Positions 58,410 to 64,000 of a DNA stretch of 64,000 nt are shown one piece after another. The translations under genes were made by a program, and so were the position numbers. Source of the stretch: a virus; IMG/VR virus record IMGVR_UViG_3300018877_000003; one strand, 5' to 3'. Positions within the stretch are counted from its first letter, which is position 1, and each line of letters opens with the position of its first letter. The notes under the pieces were generated by a model. That model ran no database searches. It saw only the letters and a program-made list of their open reading frames with translations, and was not told the DNA's origin.

Positions 58410-58765
58410 CCTTCGCCTGCCCCCTTTCGTTGGTTTTCACCTTTTAGATATTTCTCTTTCTCTTCTTCATTTAAAACTTCGTAGTCATCGTTCTCAAGAA
58501 AAAACATCACTTCGAAGCACTCTTTATGGATATCCACACCCAGAGGAACCCAAGTTGGGAAAGCCGTTACTTCATCTGCTTTAGTTCCTTCTGGGTAATT
58601 GATTTCTACATGCTCCTCATCGTACTCTCCGTTTTCAATCTTCTTTCTAATCGGAGACATATCGATTATCTCATGAACTCGAAGAACACTTCCTTCCTGA
58701 TAATTTTTGCTTGCGTAAATGGTCAGTCGAATCAAATCACCTATGTTTGCTTTAGCTTTAGTCAT
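58406..58765 (-). CDS. hypothetical protein
   Basis: 119-aa ORF with 4-nt overlaps on both sides. Confidence 0.6.
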   Translation of the reverse strand: MTKAKANIGDLIRLTIYASKNYQEGSVLRVHEIIDMSPIRKKIENGEYDEEHVEINYPEGTKADEVTAFPTWVPLGVDIHKECFEVMFFLENDDYEVLNEEEKEKYLKGENQRKGAGEG

Positions 58766-59022
58766 TCACTCAACTCCTCAGCAGTTTTTACAGCATCAAT
58801 AACTAATTGTATTGGCAAGCTTCCTTGAGCATCCATAATGACTTCTCTTCTTTTACAATCAAATAATTCAAAGTAATCGTGCATCAGAAATCTGGCAAGT
58901 TTAAGCCTAGGCAATTCTTTCATTGCTTCTTCATAGGTGTTAAAGTGACATACTACATCACTCATACCCCCTATAGGTTTAGATGTGTTTAAGCTGAATA
59001 ATATAAATCTACCATAACTCAT
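58762..59022 (-). CDS. hypothetical protein
   Basis: 86-aa co-oriented ORF. Confidence 0.55.
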   Translation of the reverse strand: MSYGRFILFSLNTSKPIGGMSDVVCHFNTYEEAMKELPRLKLARFLMHDYFELFDCKRREVIMDAQGSLPIQLVIDAVKTAEELSE

Positions 59023-59329
59023 AATAACTCCTCCTTAATTGCTTTAGTTCATCTTTTATAGAATTTCTTAGAGAAACAGTCTCTCTAAATTCTATATTTA
59101 AATTCTTATGTTCTTCTAGGTGTAAACTTAAAGTGACTCGATCTTCTATTTGATTTACTCTATGCTCTCTCAAAATCTTAAGATGGTTATCCATTTCTTC
59201 TAATAATGTGTTTAGTTTATTTTCTAGCTCTTCTATAAACCATTTTAATATTTCAATCCTTATTTTGTGGTTTGATCGTTGATTATGTATGTCTATTCTT
59301 TCTTTTATTTGGCTGATAATTCTTTTCAT
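59009..59329 (-). CDS. hypothetical coiled-coil protein
   Basis: 106 aa with heptad-rich sequence. Confidence 0.55.
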   Translation of the reverse strand: MKRIISQIKERIDIHNQRSNHKIRIEILKWFIEELENKLNTLLEEMDNHLKILREHRVNQIEDRVTLSLHLEEHKNLNIEFRETVSLRNSIKDELKQLRRSYYELW

Positions 59330-59392
59330 TTATGTTCACTCCTTAATAAAAGAATGGTTTTATACATCCAGCTTTCAGACGATCTATCATCT

Positions 59393-59653
59393 TTAATAAT
59401 GCTTTGCTTTTTTAATAATTTCTTCGATATCTGTATGGTTAAAATATGTAATGTTTGACTCCCAATCCTTGCTATACTTACTATAGTCTAATCGATATCC
59501 CTCGCTAAAGGGTACGCAAACATAGTCCCAGCGATTCATGGTATTTGGGTTCACCTGTCTTACACCAATTATGATATACATTTCAATCTTTTCATCATCG
59601 TGCGGTGGATAAGCCTTTACAATACTGCCATGTGTAAGTAAAACATCTTTCAT
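59393..59653 (-). CDS. hypothetical protein
   Basis: 86-aa co-oriented ORF. Confidence 0.55.
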   Translation of the reverse strand: MKDVLLTHGSIVKAYPPHDDEKIEMYIIIGVRQVNPNTMNRWDYVCVPFSEGYRLDYSKYSKDWESNITYFNHTDIEEIIKKAKHY

Positions 59654-59797
59654 TGACTCTCTCCTAATTCTTTATTTTCCTTATAATTTCTCCAACTACA
59701 ATTCTCAAAAACTTTAATGTCTGCTCCTAAATGCCATTTATACCAAGCTAAGTTGAACCACGCTGTGTCTAAAATGTATTTAATATAGCCTAAAATC

Positions 59798-60508
59798 TCA
59801 TCCACCTCGTTTAACTTTCTTTTCTAACGCCTTTCTTTTCATTCTCTCTTGATTTAATTTGTGTTCAAGCTCTTTAATTTTCTCTTTTAGTTTTGCCTCA
59901 TCCTTATATGCTTTCTTAATTCTTAATAAATGGGGCATAATCGAAGTTTTCACAGAATGAAAATAAGCAGAATAATCGGGATATTTCTTTCGAGCCTGTT
60001 TAAAGAAAGGAATATAAAATTCCTCTGTTTCCTTTACCTGTTTCATTTCATGTTTCCTATTTGATTCATTCAATGTGCTAAAATTATGCTTTCTGTCCGC
60101 CGCTTTTATTAGGCAAGCTCCCAAGCATATTAAAATATTATTTAAATAGTCTTTTAAATTTTCTTCAATTTTATAATCAATATCATCTTGTTTTGTGACA
60201 CTCAAAACTAAGTGAGCAACATCTTTCCCATATTGATCCTCAATTAAATAATAGTCCACCTCTGGAATATCTTCTATTGAATCATGAAGTATACAAGCTG
60301 TAATAATTGATTCATTCCTGATCCCATGATTCAATAAATCCTGAGCTGTATCAACTAAATGATAATAATAATGGCTTCCATCATGCCTCATATAATTGTT
60401 GTTTGCATTCATTGTCTCGATCATCCAATACAAAGCTCTTAAGGCATTGTTGTAGTTCAATTGTTTTAAATCGTTTTTTAACTGAGCAACCCTTGCTTCC
60501 TTTGCCAT
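59798..60508 (-). CDS. RelA/SpoT-type HD hydrolase (small alarmone hydrolase-like)
   Basis: RHDGSHYYYHLVDTAQDLL...ITACILHDSIEDIPE...YGKDVAHLVLSVTK matches the (p)ppGpp hydrolase HD_4 signature. No synthetase domain is present. Confidence 0.8.
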   Translation of the reverse strand: MAKEARVAQLKNDLKQLNYNNALRALYWMIETMNANNNYMRHDGSHYYYHLVDTAQDLLNHGIRNESIITACILHDSIEDIPEVDYYLIEDQYGKDVAHLVLSVTKQDDIDYKIEENLKDYLNNILICLGACLIKAADRKHNFSTLNESNRKHEMKQVKETEEFYIPFFKQARKKYPDYSAYFHSVKTSIMPHLLRIKKAYKDEAKLKEKIKELEHKLNQERMKRKALEKKVKRGG

Positions 60509-60538
60509 GTCATCACCCTTTAACTTTTTGATATTATT

Positions 60539-60567
60539 ATTATAACATTATTAGTTAGTTTTGTAAA
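60539..60567 (-). promoter_or_regulatory. 19-nt element copy Q, full sigmaA-like promoter
   Basis: The - strand reads TTTACA-AAACTAACTAATAATGT-TATAAT. Core has 1 mismatch. Confidence 0.65.
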
Positions 60568-60573
60568 TGTATA

Positions 60574-60604
60574 TAAAAGAAAAAGGTGAGAATTATTTCT
60601 CACC
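60574..60604 (-). terminator. rho-independent terminator after the RecJ-like gene
   Basis: GGTGAGAA-ataa-TTCTCACC followed by TTTTTCTTTT, immediately after the stop codon. Confidence 0.85.
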
Positions 60605-62293
60605 TCAACTTTTCACATAATCGTGTAATATCACCTGTGGTATAGCTACTAATTTTCTCGTTGCAAAATTAAACCACTCGTTCATTGTTAGTTGACCTAC
60701 TACATCAATCATGTCAAAATAACCTAGTTCTGACGCGTATTCTTCGTTAACTCTAAATTTAATTAATTCCATATCATTTAAAGTTCCTATTTTTACTGTC
60801 TCTCTTGTCTCACCAATACAAGACGGCTCTTCTACCGATATACCATTAACTCGAACAATCACTTTAGGGAATCCATTCCCTGTAAGCAGATTAAATTTGT
60901 CCAACTCTTTTACATATTGATCAACCTCATCTACGCTGATATCCAGATCGTAATATACAGTAGGCTTCACATCTTCAAGAGAAGGCATATGTCTTTCAAT
61001 ATATTTCTCTAGATCAGGAAGTAAATCTTGAGATATCTCAATACCTCCTGCACCTTCATGTCCAAGAGCATCAAGCTCTCCATCAAATTGATTTAAAAAC
61101 CTCTTAAACTTAAATCCGTTATAGCTTCGAAAACTTCCTGATAACTTACCGTTATGTATACGCCCAACAATCACAGGGCGCTTGTATTCTTCTGATAGCT
61201 GTTGAGCTACAATACCATTAAATCCTTTACTTGATTGTTCATCAGTAACAATAAGAACCTTCTTGGTGTCGTCAATGTTCTTTTTGTATTGCTCAGTAAT
61301 CTCTTTTTGCTTTTCTTTTCGATGCTGATTTAATTTGTGCATTTGTAGGCGAATTTTTTTACAAACCTTATCATCATCTTCTAACAATATATCGATTGCT
61401 AATTTGATGTTATCCATACGTGCCGCTCCATTTAGCATTGGAGCAATGGTGAACCCAATTGCATCGCCTTTCATTTTGTACGTGTTCACTTTTCCACCTT
61501 TTAAAATGCGAACAAGACCAGTATTCTTCATATTTCTTAATCCTTGCATGATTAAATATCTGTTTTCTAAGATATCTAATCTCATAACATCCGCATAGAG
61601 ACCAACTGCCACCAAATCAATGTACTGCCAAACGTCTACCTGATTTAATGTATCCTCCATTACTTGAATAGTTTTAAATACTACTCCCGCACCACTCAAA
61701 TACTTGTTAGGGTATTCGCATCCATCCTGCTGTGGATTAACTAATAGCACATAAGGATTCTTGCATTCAATAGCATGGTGATCTAAGATTATAATATCTG
61801 TATTTAATTTTTCTTTTATAAATTTACAAGTCTCTACATCATTTGAAGATGAGTCAATTAAAATCAGCAAGTCCGCATTGCGAATCTTATCTGTATTTAA
61901 CTTATTATGATCAATCCGCTCAGCATCTTTTGATGGATCAAGACTACTGACTTTAATCATCTCTGTAATGCCGTGTCCATCACTTCTTTCACCATATATG
62001 TAATCAACATTATCGGTGTAATTTTTCAAATATCTCAACATGATTGTTGTAGCTGTCAACCCATCCGCATCTGGATCATATGAAACAATTATTCTTTCAT
62101 TCTTATCGATTGCCTTTATGATACGGTTGCTTGCATCTTGGATATTTTTCATGGAGTATGGATCGTGTAATTCCACCTCTGTAGGATTTAAAAATTTTTG
62201 ATAATCTTCGATGCCTCTGATTTTTGCAATCCTTTCTAGGATCGAGTCATCATTATTTGGCTTTCTTATAGGCTTTCTTTGTATCCAATTCAT
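60605..62293 (-). CDS. RecJ-like DHH-family single-strand DNA exonuclease
   Basis: Contains YDPDADGLTA, LILIDSSSND, ILDHHA and GHEGAGG. Start set to ATG 62293 (GAAGGTG SD). Confidence 0.8.
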   Translation of the reverse strand: MNWIQRKPIRKPNNDDSILERIAKIRGIEDYQKFLNPTEVELHDPYSMKNIQDASNRIIKAIDKNERIIVSYDPDADGLTATTIMLRYLKNYTDNVDYIYGERSDGHGITEMIKVSSLDPSKDAERIDHNKLNTDKIRNADLLILIDSSSNDVETCKFIKEKLNTDIIILDHHAIECKNPYVLLVNPQQDGCEYPNKYLSGAGVVFKTIQVMEDTLNQVDVWQYIDLVAVGLYADVMRLDILENRYLIMQGLRNMKNTGLVRILKGGKVNTYKMKGDAIGFTIAPMLNGAARMDNIKLAIDILLEDDDKVCKKIRLQMHKLNQHRKEKQKEITEQYKKNIDDTKKVLIVTDEQSSKGFNGIVAQQLSEEYKRPVIVGRIHNGKLSGSFRSYNGFKFKRFLNQFDGELDALGHEGAGGIEISQDLLPDLEKYIERHMPSLEDVKPTVYYDLDISVDEVDQYVKELDKFNLLTGNGFPKVIVRVNGISVEEPSCIGETRETVKIGTLNDMELIKFRVNEEYASELGYFDMIDVVGQLTMNEWFNFATRKLVAIPQVILHDYVKS

Positions 62294-62402
62294 AATAAAT
62301 AACACCTTCTTCTGCAAAGAAAAACTCCTCAGATATTTCTAAGTTGATTTTCCCCATTTCTTCATATCCTTTAGCCATTTCTAATTTATCGATATTTTTC
62401 AT
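62253..62402 (-). CDS. small ORF (49 aa, not in the ORF track)
   Basis: AGGGG SD. Overlaps the RecJ-like start by about 40 nt, so it is uncertain. Confidence 0.25.
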   Translation of the reverse strand: MKNIDKLEMAKGYEEMGKINLEISEEFFFAEEGVIYYELDTKKAYKKAK

Positions 62403-62454
62403 ATTTCATTTCCCCTTTCAGAATGATATCCAAAAGCAAATGCAACTATTACAT

Positions 62455-62473
62455 CATTATTAATTAGTTTTAT
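62455..62473 (-). promoter_or_regulatory. 19-nt element copy R (1 mismatch) with -10 TGTAAT
   Basis: Lies 128 bp downstream of copy S. It contains the stop codon of the 19-codon micro-ORF. Confidence 0.45.
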
Positions 62474-62529
62474 GAAATATGAATCTTTCCCCTTTCGGGA
62501 GTTATATGTATTTCGGATATGTCGATCAT
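62470..62529 (-). CDS. 19-codon micro-ORF between element copies S and R
   Basis: AGAGGTGA SD 4 nt before the ATG. Sequence is MIDISEIHITPERGKIHIS. May be a leader rather than a protein gene. Confidence 0.25.
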   Translation of the reverse strand: MIDISEIHITPERGKIHIS

Positions 62530-62575
62530 TATATCACCTCTGATAAAATTGAACTATGACAAAACTCATAAAACT

Positions 62576-62604
62576 AATATAACATTATTAATTAGTTTTG
62601 TAAA
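62576..62604 (-). promoter_or_regulatory. 19-nt element copy S, full sigmaA-like promoter
   Basis: The - strand reads TTTACA-AAACTAATTAATAATGT-TATATT. Confidence 0.6.
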
Positions 62605-62611
62605 TATGTTT

Positions 62612-63706
62612 TTAAGATTTATTTTTAGGTATTTTTACTTCAAATACACAATTGTCAAGTAACTTATTCCATGTCTCAATACCTTGGTCAATAGGAGAAT
62701 TTTTCTCTTCAAGAAGGCCTTTTGTATCGAACATCGCCAGCACTCTTCTTCCTTCAAACATCTTTGCATTTTTTCGTATTTCATCAACCGTTATGCCTTT
62801 GTCGTAGCATAGAACTATCTCTATATCTAACCCTATTTGCATTACGATCTGTGCCTGCTCTGGAGATATTTCAGATGCACCAATACCTAATGTATTATAT
62901 ATCCCATTGTCAAAAGCTTTCATGTTAGACTTCTCCGCTTCAAAGATATACACTCTTTTGTTCATCTGTATATAGGGAAGTGCGTAATGAAAATTAAACC
63001 ACTCATAACGATTTTGATACGGATAAAGATAGAGATATTTTCTATCATCATCCTCATCTTTCATTATTCTGCCTTTGACACCAACCAATTGTCCAAATCT
63101 ATTTCTCATTGGAATGATTACTCTTTTTGTATCAAGATCGAAACCAATCCCATACATTTCTTGAGTTTTATATGAAATCCCCTCATCAATCCATCCTTTA
63201 TAAGGTAGGGGTTTATCATAAAAGTAATAATCGTTTAAGACTTCTTCTGGAAGAACAGGATTTGGTTTAATTTCTTTAACCCTTTTTTTATCTTTTAAAA
63301 TAGCTTTAAGAGGTGCTACATAATCTTTTTTTGTTTTAAACGATCCACCTTTTAAAAACTCTGTCCATCCTAAATGTTCGCAGATAAATGTCTTTGCATT
63401 ATGTAAGTCCTTTAAGATATCTTCTCCACGTTTATCATTGACAATATAAGATACAAGAGAAAATATATCCGGTGAAGAGTCGATATTTCCGCTCTCAAAA
63501 TCTGGTCTATTGCGGATAGCTGAGGTAAGCCATTTATTAAGCTTGGTCTGAACCGCTCTCTTATTGTTGCTATGATACCTTGATGGCAATTGAGCTTCTA
63601 TTCTTCCTCCACTGTATGATATATACTCACAGCCCATTGCTCTGTAAATATCTTCGACCTTATCTTCTCTAAGTATCCTTTCTTTGATTTCCTGCAAGTC
63701 CGACAT
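62612..63706 (-). CDS. DNA primase-like (TOPRIM) replication protein
   Basis: 364 aa from ATG 63706 (AGAGGTGG SD). The TOPRIM-like segments IFEAEKSNM and VLCYDKG are the evidence. Sits between helicase-like and RecJ-like genes. Confidence 0.55.
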   Translation of the reverse strand: MSDLQEIKERILREDKVEDIYRAMGCEYISYSGGRIEAQLPSRYHSNNKRAVQTKLNKWLTSAIRNRPDFESGNIDSSPDIFSLVSYIVNDKRGEDILKDLHNAKTFICEHLGWTEFLKGGSFKTKKDYVAPLKAILKDKKRVKEIKPNPVLPEEVLNDYYFYDKPLPYKGWIDEGISYKTQEMYGIGFDLDTKRVIIPMRNRFGQLVGVKGRIMKDEDDDRKYLYLYPYQNRYEWFNFHYALPYIQMNKRVYIFEAEKSNMKAFDNGIYNTLGIGASEISPEQAQIVMQIGLDIEIVLCYDKGITVDEIRKNAKMFEGRRVLAMFDTKGLLEEKNSPIDQGIETWNKLLDNCVFEVKIPKNKS

Positions 63707-63753
63707 CCATCTTACCACCTCTTTTACTAACTAAATAATCAACTTGAGAGAGA

Positions 63754-64000
63754 CTACCTTCCTGCTTTTTCGTTTGGTACAAACGTCCAGCCAATCTCTT
63801 TAAAGTGATTACTATTAAATATTGGTTCAATAACCAACACAGGCTGTCCATTATCATTATTAGCTCCGAATCTGTTTTTAGGCGTAAAGACTAGGTAATA
63901 TGTTTTCCCTTTTTCTAATTGGAAAAACTCTTTAAGATACCCATCTCCTTTAGGGTTTTTCTTTAATCTATAGCAGTTTAATTCCTTCTTTTCACCTTTG
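63754..64000 (-). CDS. replicative helicase / RecA-fold ATPase, C-terminal fragment (runs off the window)
   Basis: Hand translation of the open frame to the window edge gives ...YYLVFTPKNRFGANNDNGQPVLVIEPIFNSNHFKEIGWTFV... This resembles the DnaB-type C-terminus (K.R.G motif). Confidence 0.5.
   Translation of the reverse strand, partial: KGEKKELNCYRLKKNPKGDGYLKEFFQLEKGKTYYLVFTPKNRFGANNDNGQPVLVIEPIFNSNHFKEIGWTFVPNEKAGR

Noticed and set aside
1706-63175. About 45 + strand track ORFs of 60-141 aa lie antisense to the long leftward genes (for example 2386..2583, 4857..5087, 12155..12499, 26238..26624, 27950..28354, 30027..30401, 45137..45562, 51127..51468, 61335..61598).
   Set aside because: Each lies entirely inside a - strand ORF with clear family motifs or consistent operon context. 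Their sequences are low-complexity (Ser/Leu/Phe/Ile-rich), as expected from the reverse frames of AT-rich genes. None has a convincing SD.
63669-63857. 62-aa - strand ORF bridging the helicase-like and primase genes.
   Set aside because: It overlaps the in-frame C-terminus of the helicase-like ORF (stop at 63754) and the primase start. The helicase frame has a recognisable K.R.G-type C-terminal motif, and the 62-aa product has none.
1-64000. CRISPR arrays, tRNA, tmRNA or rRNA genes, transposases/IS elements, homing endonuclease ORFs.
   Set aside because: I saw no regularly spaced direct repeats, no cloverleaf-compatible segments with GTTCRAnnC-type T-arms in the intergenic gaps, and no transposase, HNH, LAGLIDADG or GIY-YIG stand-alone ORFs. 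This was an eye scan only, so a tRNA scanner should still be run.

Overview
This AT-rich 64-kb window reads as the early, replication and nucleotide-metabolism arm of a large temperate Bacillus-type phage. Its gene content resembles the SPbeta group. The large serine recombinase has phage genes on both sides, so the window is in phage configuration with no host flank. Two + strand genes at the left edge (a membrane coiled-coil protein and an LL-H-like holin) close a rightward late/lysis unit. From 916 to 64000 there is a single leftward (- strand) array of about 125 tightly packed, often translationally coupled ORFs. Recognisable genes include a helicase C-terminus, primase, RecJ-like exonuclease, PolIII-alpha-like polymerase, RuvC, RNase H, a DnaQ-like exonuclease, a two-subunit type IIA topoisomerase and an ATP-dependent DNA ligase. 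Nucleotide metabolism is represented by class Ib RNR (nrdHIEF), dUTPase, guanylate kinase, ThyA, DHFR, a thymidine-kinase-like protein and an HD 5'-nucleotidase. An RNA-repair set is present (PNK-HD, RNA ligase, RlaP-like nucleotidyltransferases). There are also two ClpP-like proteases, an S8 protease, an SPFH protein and three candidate counter-defence enzymes (PTH2, NADAR, small alarmone hydrolase). An accessory/lysogeny island at 13.8-20.9 kb carries two XRE regulators, a stand-alone recombinase zinc-ribbon protein, two membrane proteins, an LXG-nuclease toxin with its immunity gene, and the recombinase. A self-contained Rap-Phr quorum-sensing cassette sits at 1.9-3.2 kb, and its phr gene is absent from the ORF track. 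The strongest non-coding signal is a 19-nt element, ACAAAACTAATTAATAATG on the - strand, found by eye in 19 co-oriented copies. It forms the spacer of sigmaA-like promoters and looks like a shared operator or promoter module. Other sequence-level oddities are listed in the findings: the recombinase has no canonical start codon, a 16-bp inverted repeat brackets it, two large palindromes lie downstream of it, a GC-rich 25-nt repeat precedes two small genes, a GC-rich structured tail follows the holin, and a candidate antisense sRNA lies at 40.6 kb. All functional calls rest on motif recognition by eye. No searches were run.
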